A DNA stretch of 64,000 nt from Polyangiaceae bacterium (GTDB taxonomy: Bacteria > Myxococcota_A > Polyangia > Polyangiales > Polyangiaceae), in contig JBNKBE010000001.1 of NCBI GenBank assembly GCA_050287085.1, forward strand, positions 256,001 through 320,000, read 5' to 3'. The position numbers and the translations under genes were made by a program. Of this stretch, positions 8,900 through 17,141 are shown piece after piece. The notes under the pieces are model-generated. The model was not told the DNA's origin and did no database searches. It saw only the letters and a list, made by a program, of their open reading frames with translations. Each line of letters begins with the position of its first letter. Position 1 is the first letter of the stretch.

Positions 8900-9937
8900 A
8901 TGCGCGGCGATGTTCTCAGCGGTGGCTCACCCAAGCGCCTCCAACAGTCAAATGGACAGTGGACCCTTGAGGTCGTCCGCCAAGTTGCAGTCGATAGTAG
9001 CGTTTACCGCCCCCACAGCCAGCTACTGGAGGGGCCTGAACTCATCCTCCGCTATCTCAAACGCAACCCGACCCACCATCGCCTAGCGGAATCTGCGCTG
9101 CGTCTGCTCAAGTCGCAGGTCGAGGACGGAGAAGCCACCTTTGAAGCCGTCAACGGCGAGTGGCTTCCTGCGACGTCGGGCAAGGCCGATTTCGAGCGAA
9201 CCCGAAAGAGCAAAGAGATTGCGGCCCGGCGTTCCCAATACGTGCAGCTGCTCGAACTCCGTGCCGAGCACATTCGCCTGCAGCACGCCCATACGGCGCT
9301 GCTCAAGAAGGTGATGCAGCTCGCCCAGGCCGTTGCCGAAAACACCGAGGAGATCGACCGCCTGAAGAAGCAGGGGCCCGTGGTTATCCAGGCCCCAGTC
9401 CAAGAGGTCGCAAAACCCGAGTCGCTAGCCCCTGAGGAGCCGGAAGACATGGCTCCGTTGTCGACCGACACCCCAACGATGCTGCTGCCGGAGGCCTCCG
9501 ACCTGGTGCGTTGCATCGAGCAGCTCATCGGCGGCGATGCCACAGCCAAAGAATCCGCGGGCACGTTCAACATCACAGCAAGCAGCCGGCACATCTTCAT
9601 GTCAACGCTGGTCGACGACGAAGATCACGTGGTCGGAGCCGTAGCCATGGACCTCAAAGCCACGGTCTACCTGGGCGGTACGCTGTTAATGGTACCGGAT
9701 GGTGAGCTGATAGATCAGGTCAAGCGGCAGGCTCCTTCCGAAGACTCGATCGCGGCAAGCTCCGAGGTCTGTAACTCTCTGAGCGGCTCCGTGAACAACC
9801 TTCCGGAGAACATTCATGTGCGCACCAACTTCCTCGAACCACTCAACTTCGCTGAGCAGTCGTGGGTCGCCAAACCACGCTCGCGGGTAGTGCTGGAAGA
9901 CAGCTTCGGCGGACACATCGCGCTCCTTGCCAAATAG
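8900..9937 (+). CDS. Coiled-coil protein with C-terminal CheC/CheX-like phosphatase domain
   Basis: Central heptad-like segment; C-terminal AVAMDL..TVYLGGTLLMVP..SEVCNSLSG carries an ExxN motif; follows cheY. Confidence 0.55.
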   Translation: MRGDVLSGGSPKRLQQSNGQWTLEVVRQVAVDSSVYRPHSQLLEGPELILRYLKRNPTHHRLAESALRLLKSQVEDGEATFEAVNGEWLPATSGKADFERTRKSKEIAARRSQYVQLLELRAEHIRLQHAHTALLKKVMQLAQAVAENTEEIDRLKKQGPVVIQAPVQEVAKPESLAPEEPEDMAPLSTDTPTMLLPEASDLVRCIEQLIGGDATAKESAGTFNITASSRHIFMSTLVDDEDHVVGAVAMDLKATVYLGGTLLMVPDGELIDQVKRQAPSEDSIAASSEVCNSLSGSVNNLPENIHVRTNFLEPLNFAEQSWVAKPRSRVVLEDSFGGHIALLAK

Positions 9938-9972
9938 CGCGCCCCTGATGCGCCGCCACAGCCAAGACGCAG

Positions 9973-11064
9973 CTAAGCCGCAGCCATCATAATGCGGTCC
10001 CTGCCGCTCGACTTCGCCTCGTACAGCGCCCGGTCGGCGCGGGCCAGCCATTCGCTGGGCGACTCCCCAAAGCCGAGTGGTGCGATGCCCACGGAGAGCG
10101 TGTACTCTATCTCGTCGCCACGAGCCTGCACGGGAGTCTCTCGCACAGCGTTGCAAAGTCGAGTCGCCAGCATCTGCGCGCTAGGTAGGTCTGTGTCCAC
10201 AACGACAACGGCAAACTCCTCCCCCCCGTAGCGAGCCACGAAGTCTTGCTTGCGCAGAAAGGTGCGCGCCAACTGCTTGCCCAAGTCCTTCAGAACCGTA
10301 TCGCCTGCCGGGTGTCCGTAGCGATCGTTGATTCTCTTGAAGTGATCGATGTCGACCATCATGAGACAAGGCGGCTGAGCAAATAGAAGCCCGAGGTCCG
10401 CTACGCGAGTGAGGTGCGCATCGAGTGCTCCGCGATTGCTCAGCTGGGTTAGAGCGTCTGTCGTCGCCGCTTCCCGCGCTTCCAGAAGTTCCGCCCTCAG
10501 ATAGCGCAGACGCTCGGCGAGCAGCTTCAACTGCTTCTGCTCGCGACTGCGACGCTGCGAAATCGCCTCGCTCACAGTCTCAATAACAACCCCGGCTTCC
10601 CTCCGAATGCGCTCCGCGTCGTTGGCCGAAAGCGCTTCCGACAAGGCCTGAACACGCTGGCCAACCTGCTGGTCGCTGCGCCGATCGCCGGCCGCGGACG
10701 AGGTCAAACACTGAGCAAAGCTGTGTACCGCTTGCCTCAAGTTTCCCAAGCTGGCCCGAACGTACTCGCTCTCCCGCTTGCGGTGTTCCGCGAAGAACGT
10801 TCTCACGGCACGCCAGTCGCGAATGATACCGGATGGGGGTCCGTCTTCCGACTGTGGCTTCCTCTCCCCTATCAGCAGCGCCTCTGCCTGTCGTTCGCAC
10901 CCTGCCGCGATTTCCTCGGCGCTCTCATCGTCGAGATCAAAGGCGAATTTTCCGTAGCTGCGCAGCACCGCAGCCAGCGTGTCAACCGCCTGCGTGAGTC
11001 GATCCCCCGTGGGTATTGACTCCGGACTCTTGCTATCCTTGCTTCGACGCCAGATCATGACCAC
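9973..11064 (-). CDS. Diguanylate cyclase with helical N-terminus
   Basis: DIDHFKRINDRYGHPAGD, RKQD I-site, RYGGEEF. Confidence 0.93.
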   Translation of the reverse strand: MVMIWRRSKDSKSPESIPTGDRLTQAVDTLAAVLRSYGKFAFDLDDESAEEIAAGCERQAEALLIGERKPQSEDGPPSGIIRDWRAVRTFFAEHRKRESEYVRASLGNLRQAVHSFAQCLTSSAAGDRRSDQQVGQRVQALSEALSANDAERIRREAGVVIETVSEAISQRRSREQKQLKLLAERLRYLRAELLEAREAATTDALTQLSNRGALDAHLTRVADLGLLFAQPPCLMMVDIDHFKRINDRYGHPAGDTVLKDLGKQLARTFLRKQDFVARYGGEEFAVVVVDTDLPSAQMLATRLCNAVRETPVQARGDEIEYTLSVGIAPLGFGESPSEWLARADRALYEAKSSGRDRIMMAAA

Positions 11065-11117
11065 TAATCAAAACGGCCCAATTGGGAAAATCGCGAGGGT
11101 GGGGGTAGCAGAACACC

Positions 11118-11144
11118 TAAAGAAGCCGGCGGATTGACCGATCC
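11118..11144 (+). promoter_or_regulatory. sigma28/FliA-type promoter of the FHA gene
   Basis: TAAAG-N14-ACCGATCC, 10 nt before the GTG start. Confidence 0.65.
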
Positions 11145-11154
11145 AAAATGAGAC

Positions 11155-11664
11155 GTGCGGAGCCTCCAACAATACGCAGCTATGCTGCGACGTATGGGTA
11201 AGCGCGAGTTTCAGTCCCAGTATGGAAAGCCAGCGCTGGTAGGATTGGGGCTCATAGCGCAGGTGGACACGACGTCTGGCTACCGCGAAACTGGAACCCT
11301 GACGATGGCTGCCCCAGGTCCTGAGGTTCTGCCTGCCACCGTGGTCGGCCGTGCTTGGCTCATTACCAAGGGCCCCGAGGGTCCGGCTGGTCCCGCTATC
11401 ACAGCCGGTCGCAGCGCCTACAACGACATTGTGATCCCCGAATACACGGTGTCGCACCGACACTGCCAATTTCGCTACGAACCGGGGAGAATTCTGCTCA
11501 GCGACCTCGGCTCTTTCAACGGCACCTTCCACAACGGGCAGCGGGTCAACACGACCGATCGAGTCAAGCTTCGCCCTCACGACCAGATCGCGATGGGGCG
11601 CTACCTGTTTGGCTACATCAGCGCCGAGGAGTTCATGAGCAGCGTCGAAGGATTGGCCGCTTAG
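11155..11664 (+). CDS. FHA domain protein
   Basis: TAGRSAYNDIVI, VSHRHC, DLGSFNGTF. Confidence 0.88.
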   Translation: MRSLQQYAAMLRRMGKREFQSQYGKPALVGLGLIAQVDTTSGYRETGTLTMAAPGPEVLPATVVGRAWLITKGPEGPAGPAITAGRSAYNDIVIPEYTVSHRHCQFRYEPGRILLSDLGSFNGTFHNGQRVNTTDRVKLRPHDQIAMGRYLFGYISAEEFMSSVEGLAA

Positions 11665-11679
11665 GGCGAGGAGCACAGC

Positions 11680-11748
11680 GACGAGCCCGCCCGCTGCAGC
11701 AAGAGGCTCGGCCGGCGCGGTAGAACCTTCCCGTCCGCGGGCCCTCAG
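11680..11748 (-). repeat. Dispersed MITE/REP-like element, copy B
   Basis: Reverse complement aligns without gaps to 6782-6850. Confidence 0.65.
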
Positions 11749-11951
11749 AACCGCGTCGGGGCGGCCTCACCCTTTGTGGTCGAAGCGACGGGGCAGTGGT
11801 GCTTTCAGATCGGCCCCTGGGCAGCCGGCCAACTGGCCTATAATGCAGCACCGGTTCGGGCCGGGCGTAGACAAGAGGGTCGCATCGACCTCGGGGTGGC
11901 TTTGCCATTGGTCTCGGCGCGTTGCCATCTGGTAATGCTCCGCGTCTGGAA

Positions 11952-13055
11952 ATGAGCACTAGCACGCGCGACTTCTTGGTTTTCAACGACGACAAGCTGG
12001 CGGCCAAATACGGTGACGAAGCGCTCCCGATGTCCGTGCTCTATGAGAGCTACTTCGACGGAGACATCGATATCACAGGCGACCTGCTGGAGGTCTTGCG
12101 GCATCGCCACGAGTTCCTGAAGTTCAACATCACCCGTCAGAACCTGCAATGGGCGGTGACCAACTTCGTGCCGGACATGGTCCACACCCGGCAGCAAGAC
12201 GAACGCTTGGTACGCGAAACCTATGATCGCGGTCTGGACATGTTCCAATGGCTGACGGGCAATACACTGTGCCTCAGTGCCGGTCGCTTCTCCTCCCCGG
12301 ACGCCAGCCTCGAGCAAGCGCAGCAAACCCAGTTCGAGCACATCGGACGAGTATTGGATCTTTCATCCGGAGATCGATTTCTCGATCTAGGCTGTGGATG
12401 GGGTGCGCTGGGAGAACACATCATCACCCACTTCGGTGCAGACACCACACTGTCGACGCTGTCAGAAGAACAAGCGGCCTATGCAGAACGCCGCATTGGC
12501 GCCGCCGTCAGCGACGGTAAAGCACGTGTGCTGCGGACCAGCTACCGAGAGCTCGCTCCGGAAGTGCCATTCGATAAGATCTCTTGCGTTGAAATGGTGC
12601 AGCACGTCGGACTGAAGAATCTCTCCGCGTTCTGCGAGCGTGTTCACGACATCTTGGCTGACGACGGCAAGCTGCTGCTGCAGTGGACGGGCATCCGTCG
12701 AACCCTCCGACAGGAAGAGTTGATCTGGGGCCTTTTCGTCAGCAAGTACATCTTTCCCGGTGCCGACGCATCGCTTCCACCGGCATCCATGTGCAAAGCC
12801 TTGGAAAAGGCCGGGTTCGAATTGATGGAACTCACCAACGTGAGTGCGCATTACATCCACACGCTACAAGCCTTTAGGAAGAACTGGCTTCATCATCGCG
12901 AAGTGATCTTGTCGACCTATGGCGAGCGTTGGTTCCGGATCTGGAACCTCTACCTGTCGTGGTCCATTCTAGTGGCCGAAGCCGGCGGGGCATCTTGTTA
13001 CCAGGCCGTACTCTGCAAGAACGCTGCGTCCCTAGATCGCACCCGTTGGCTGTGA
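11952..13055 (+). CDS. SAM-dependent lipid methyltransferase (CFA-synthase family; closest recalled match is fungal sphingolipid C9-methyltransferase)
   Basis: LDLGCGWG SAM motif; YFDGDID, HTRQQDERLVRETYDRG, LIWGLFVSKYIFPGADAS, YGERWFRIW; ATG at 11952. Confidence 0.85.
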   Translation: MSTSTRDFLVFNDDKLAAKYGDEALPMSVLYESYFDGDIDITGDLLEVLRHRHEFLKFNITRQNLQWAVTNFVPDMVHTRQQDERLVRETYDRGLDMFQWLTGNTLCLSAGRFSSPDASLEQAQQTQFEHIGRVLDLSSGDRFLDLGCGWGALGEHIITHFGADTTLSTLSEEQAAYAERRIGAAVSDGKARVLRTSYRELAPEVPFDKISCVEMVQHVGLKNLSAFCERVHDILADDGKLLLQWTGIRRTLRQEELIWGLFVSKYIFPGADASLPPASMCKALEKAGFELMELTNVSAHYIHTLQAFRKNWLHHREVILSTYGERWFRIWNLYLSWSILVAEAGGASCYQAVLCKNAASLDRTRWL

Positions 13056-13126
13056 CGCACGGCTAAACAGAGCGGACGCCGTCGCCAACAGAGCCTCAGC
13101 GGCCCGCGCGCCCCCGAGAAGTCCGG

Positions 13127-13429
13127 CTAGCGACTGTCGCGGTCAAGCATGTGAACGGCTTCCGCTTCCACTTCGCTGGTCGTCTGCAGCACTTTCACGT
13201 TGGCCGCATGCAAGTGCTTGGCCAACGACAGTCCGACGAGCTCCCCCGCCAAGTCTAAGCTCGGCGCATTTTCCTGGGCCAGCTGTGCCCCCTCCGCGGA
13301 GATGGATAGGTGCGCGGAAGCCGTACCCTGTGCGATACGCGCCGCTCCCTCGTCCAACGAACGATGGGACCGTTGGATCCCGGCAAGCGCCGAAGATTGC
13401 GCGCTATTGAGTCCAGAAATCGACGCCAT
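13127..13429 (-). CDS. Small flagellar basal-body rod C-terminal (Flg_bbr_C)-like protein
   Basis: SALAGIQ..LDEGAARIA N-terminal helix and DLAGELV..AANVKVLQT C-terminal motif; ATG at 13429. Confidence 0.7.
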   Translation of the reverse strand: MASISGLNSAQSSALAGIQRSHRSLDEGAARIAQGTASAHLSISAEGAQLAQENAPSLDLAGELVGLSLAKHLHAANVKVLQTTSEVEAEAVHMLDRDSR

Positions 13430-13436
13430 ACCCCCC

Positions 13437-13463
13437 GGAACGGCAGCTGCGACGCACCCTTGA
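13437..13463 (-). promoter_or_regulatory. sigma28/FliA-type promoter of the Flg_bbr_C-like gene
   Basis: Minus strand TCAAG-N14-GCCGTTCC; ATG lies 7 nt after the -10 box. Confidence 0.6.
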
Positions 13464-13541
13464 ATGATGGGAGGCATCGCGCCGCGGACGGAAGATTGCG
13501 CTGCATGGCCGCGATCTGCGACTCGCACCCCAGCGCGGGGT

Positions 13542-13568
13542 TCAAGAAAGCCGCGGCTAGGTCGTTCT
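13542..13568 (+). promoter_or_regulatory. sigma28/FliA-type promoter of a small ORF
   Basis: TCAAG-N14-GTCGTTCT. Confidence 0.5.
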
Positions 13569-13599
13569 TCCTTGAGAACTCTAGCCAACGGAGGCCGTC

Positions 13600-13743
13600 A
13601 TGGATGACAGCCAAGAAGTCGAGGCACGGACGCCTCACCCAAGTCGCTTCGTAACGGAACTGGAAATGCTTACCCAACTCGATCGCCTACTTTGGGAGGT
13701 GGAACGCAAACGCGCAGAGGAAGGAGGAGCCGACAAGGGCTAG
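13600..13743 (+). CDS. Small ORF, 47 aa (MDDSQEVEARTPHPSRFVTELEMLTQLDRLLWEVERKRAEEGGADKG), absent from the ORF track
   Basis: GGAGG RBS 5 nt before ATG; sits in an intergenic gap; amphipathic-helix-like core. Confidence 0.6.
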   Translation: MDDSQEVEARTPHPSRFVTELEMLTQLDRLLWEVERKRAEEGGADKG

Positions 13744-13792
13744 CCCACAAACTTAGCCACCTGATGGCCTCGGTATCGCCGAAGCCCCGCAG

Positions 13793-15844
13793 GTGTTAGC
13801 CAAGTTCCTAACCCAACCCGGAATCAGCCCCGTGCGTGCTCACAGTCGTTCTTCTCCCCCAGCCTTCGAACGTAGGGGCTTTGGCCCCTACGAACTCGTG
13901 GACAGTCTAGCCGCGGGGGGCAACGCACGTCTGCACTTGGCGCGGCTACGAGGCAACCTCACCGCAGCACCTGTCGTGATCAAGCGTGTGCTCGCCGACC
14001 ACAACAGCCCTGAAGCCATTGGCAAGCTGATGCGGGAGGCGAGCCTGCAGCGTCGCATGGACCATCCCAACATCGTTCGGGTCAAGGACAGCGGCCTACT
14101 CGACGAAGAAGCATTCATCGCGCTCGAATTCATCGATGGCATGGACTTGCGAGCGTTGCTTGATCGCTCATCCAGCAGCGGCCAGCCCATTCCGATTAAC
14201 CTCGCGGTTTTCATCGCACAACAGCTGTGTTCCGCACTTGACGAGCTTCACCGACCCAGCGGAGGTTCCAGTCACACGCTGTACCTCATCCACGGTGACG
14301 TCTGCCCCGCGAATGTACTCTTGAGCTCGTCAGGAGACGTTAAGCTGGCCGACTTCGGACGAGCGCGCTCTCTTCGTGTCGGCGAGGCGGCAACGTCCGA
14401 AGGCGGCGCGGTCGGCCACTTTGGCTATGTGGCCCCAGAGATACTGACCGGACATGAGTTCGACCACCGCGCGGATATCTTCGCCTTGGGTGCCCTCGTG
14501 GGAGAACTGCTCATCGGACAACGCGTCTTCGCCGGGGAAGGTCATCTGGCAGTCATGCTGTCCGTGCGAGACGGCAATATTGCACCTCTGGAGAGCGCTC
14601 GAGAGCAACTCCCGAACGGACTCTTCGAGGTCTGCGCCAAAGCAATACGCACCGACCCAAACCAACGCTATTCGAGTGCAGCCGAATTTTCAGGAGCTCT
14701 ATTGCCGTTTGGCGAGCGCAGCGTGGAAGACACCAAACGCGCGCTCGGCAGCTGGGTTGGTTGGGCCAAAGACGAGTCTCGATTCGTCGAAGACCTAGAG
14801 CAGCGAATCCACGAGTCCGTGGGAACATTGCGAGCCCTGTCGCAAAGCAGCTCTGGGCTACGCGCCGTTTCCGAGGTTGATACCCCCCAGTCGAGTGTTT
14901 CTGGAGAGCATGAAGTCCGTATTCGCCGAGCGGGTCAAGAAGGCGTCGAGACTGCCTCTTTTCCGGCCCTTGTCGAGTGGCTAACGACGGGCGCACTCTC
15001 GATCGACGACGAAGTCGCCCTCTGGGACACGCCGTTTGAACGGGTCGGACGCATCCAACAACTGACGCGCTATCTGCTGGCGTCCACTACAGCCAAGACC
15101 TCACAGCAATACGCGCCGGGGCCGCCCGACCGCGTTATCGAACTGTCGGACGCGTCATTTCTTTCGTTGTTGGCAGACCTGCATCACCGCCAGGGCACCG
15201 CCACGCTATTCGTCGTCGATACCCTCGGCGAACGTGGAATCCGAAAAGACATCTACGTCCGCGATGGTCGCCTGGTCCACGTTGCCTCCTCGAATCCGCG
15301 AGAGTTGCTCGGAGAGTACCTCGTGGACAAGGGCATGATCACGCGCACCCAGCTCGAGTCAGCGCTCAAGCGCCTACGACCCGATCGCCATCTGGGAGAG
15401 CTGCTGGTCCAGCTCAATCTGGTCAGTGCCGTAGACGTCTTCACCGCGTTGCGCCACCAAGGTCGCGACCGGGTCGCCGAACTGTGCACGTGGAGCCACG
15501 GATTTGCCCAGGTCTACCAAAAGGCACCGATTCCAGAGGTGCTGTTCCCCCTTGATCTGGAGCTACCGATTGTGATCGCAGCCGGCGCGCAGCGCTGCCG
15601 CCTCACCGTCCCAGACGGAGTACGACTCCGCCCCGGGCCCCGCATTCCGCGGCCTGGCGAACAGGCGACCAGCAGCCATCTGCTGACCCATGTACCCATG
15701 ATCGCAAGACGGCAGATGAGCGGGGAGGCTGCCATAAGCGAACTGCGCGAACTCGTACCCAATGCGTCTTCGCTGGAGGTGCAGGCAGCGCTTACTGCCA
15801 CCCACGCGCTCGGTTGGATCGAATACGCACTCGGCAGCCGCTGA
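13793..15844 (+). CDS. Hanks-type Ser/Thr protein kinase with C-terminal DUF4388/PATAN-like domain
   Basis: VVIKR, HPNIV, IHGDVCPAN, KLADFG, GYVAPE, DIFALG; C-terminal IYVRDGRLVHVASS..LLGEYLV. Confidence 0.88.
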   Translation: MLAKFLTQPGISPVRAHSRSSPPAFERRGFGPYELVDSLAAGGNARLHLARLRGNLTAAPVVIKRVLADHNSPEAIGKLMREASLQRRMDHPNIVRVKDSGLLDEEAFIALEFIDGMDLRALLDRSSSSGQPIPINLAVFIAQQLCSALDELHRPSGGSSHTLYLIHGDVCPANVLLSSSGDVKLADFGRARSLRVGEAATSEGGAVGHFGYVAPEILTGHEFDHRADIFALGALVGELLIGQRVFAGEGHLAVMLSVRDGNIAPLESAREQLPNGLFEVCAKAIRTDPNQRYSSAAEFSGALLPFGERSVEDTKRALGSWVGWAKDESRFVEDLEQRIHESVGTLRALSQSSSGLRAVSEVDTPQSSVSGEHEVRIRRAGQEGVETASFPALVEWLTTGALSIDDEVALWDTPFERVGRIQQLTRYLLASTTAKTSQQYAPGPPDRVIELSDASFLSLLADLHHRQGTATLFVVDTLGERGIRKDIYVRDGRLVHVASSNPRELLGEYLVDKGMITRTQLESALKRLRPDRHLGELLVQLNLVSAVDVFTALRHQGRDRVAELCTWSHGFAQVYQKAPIPEVLFPLDLELPIVIAAGAQRCRLTVPDGVRLRPGPRIPRPGEQATSSHLLTHVPMIARRQMSGEAAISELRELVPNASSLEVQAALTATHALGWIEYALGSR

Positions 15845-16057
15845 CGTCGCACCAGTGTCCACGCGTTTGCTGCGATCAGGCCGACTCGGTGCGTGGCAGC
15901 GACCCGATGACTCGGAACATCGAGCCGTCAAAAATGCGACGAAGCGGTAGCTCGTCAACACGCGAGCCTGCGGTGGCTCATTCGGAGACATCCCGCGCCC
16001 CGACGACTAGCGGGACGCTGGCGGGAGCGCCGGCTCCATGGCACGTTGTGCCGCGAA

Positions 16058-17113
16058 ATGCAGATACGACGCTCGCATACCCCACGTTCTTCCATCGCGT
16101 GCTCTTTCATCGCCCTGCTCGGCTTCGGGCTCTTGGGTTGCTCCGACGAGTCCGGCGACTCACCGAATCCAGGCGCTGGTGGAGCCGGCGCGGCCAACGT
16201 CGCCGGCTCGGAGGGTTCGGCGGCGGGCGGAGCCGAGAGCTCCGCTTCTGGGGCGAATGCAGGAGGTCAGCCGAACACGGCAGGAACCGACACGGCTGGC
16301 TCAGGTGGCTCAGCCGGCGCAGAGGGGGGCGGGGCTGGTCAGGCTGCGGGGGCACCCACCGAAACGGGGGGGCAAGGCCCAGTCGCAGGCGCTGGGGGCT
16401 CTGATCCGGAGGGTGGCAGCGCAGGCATGGCGACGCCCAACGGCGGAGGCGCCGCCACGGGGGACGGCTCTTGCGACAGTAGCGGTCTGAGCTTCTGTTC
16501 CGATTTCGAGGATGGACTGCCAGACGAACTGACGTTCTATCCTGAGTATCAGCAGGCCAACATGGCCAATTTCGTCGAGCTCGACAGCACCGTGGCCAAG
16601 AGCGGCTCACAATCCATCAAAGTGACGGGCACCGACTTCTCGCAAATGCTCGCGTTGCCGACTCCAGCGGCCGACTTCTGGGGGCGCGTCTATATCCAGA
16701 GCAACACCGACATTCAGTCCGGTCACAATACCTACGTCGCAGCCACCGACGGCAGTGGGGATCCCAACGACGGTGAGCATATCCGGATCGGCGAGCATCA
16801 ATGCCAACTGGAACTCAACCGGCGCACGGACGACGCAGAGAAGCTCTCCAACGGCGGAACCTACGAGTGCTCAGGCGGCATCGAGTTGAAAGCCGATACG
16901 TGGTACTGCCTGGAGTTTCACTACGACGGTCCCGGCAGCGAAGTGCAGGTATTCGTGGACGGCACAGACGTCGATGCCCTGCACGTAACGGACTGGGGTC
17001 CGTACGACTACAAGCTCTTCAAGTTTGGCTTCGAGAAATACCATGGCGATGCGAAAACGCTCTGGTACGATGATCTGGCCCTCGGTTCTGAACGTATTGG
17101 CTGTTTGAAGTGA
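16058..17113 (+). CDS. Lipoprotein with Gly/Ala linker and Cip1-like (polysaccharide-lyase-like beta-sandwich) domain
   Basis: Lipobox LLGC; FCSDFE, LDSTVAKSGSQSIKV, HIRIG..QLELNRRTDDA, WYCLEFH. Confidence 0.75.
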   Translation: MQIRRSHTPRSSIACSFIALLGFGLLGCSDESGDSPNPGAGGAGAANVAGSEGSAAGGAESSASGANAGGQPNTAGTDTAGSGGSAGAEGGGAGQAAGAPTETGGQGPVAGAGGSDPEGGSAGMATPNGGGAATGDGSCDSSGLSFCSDFEDGLPDELTFYPEYQQANMANFVELDSTVAKSGSQSIKVTGTDFSQMLALPTPAADFWGRVYIQSNTDIQSGHNTYVAATDGSGDPNDGEHIRIGEHQCQLELNRRTDDAEKLSNGGTYECSGGIELKADTWYCLEFHYDGPGSEVQVFVDGTDVDALHVTDWGPYDYKLFKFGFEKYHGDAKTLWYDDLALGSERIGCLK

Positions 17114-17141
17114 ACCAGCGCTGCAGCGTTGCGCTACCATC

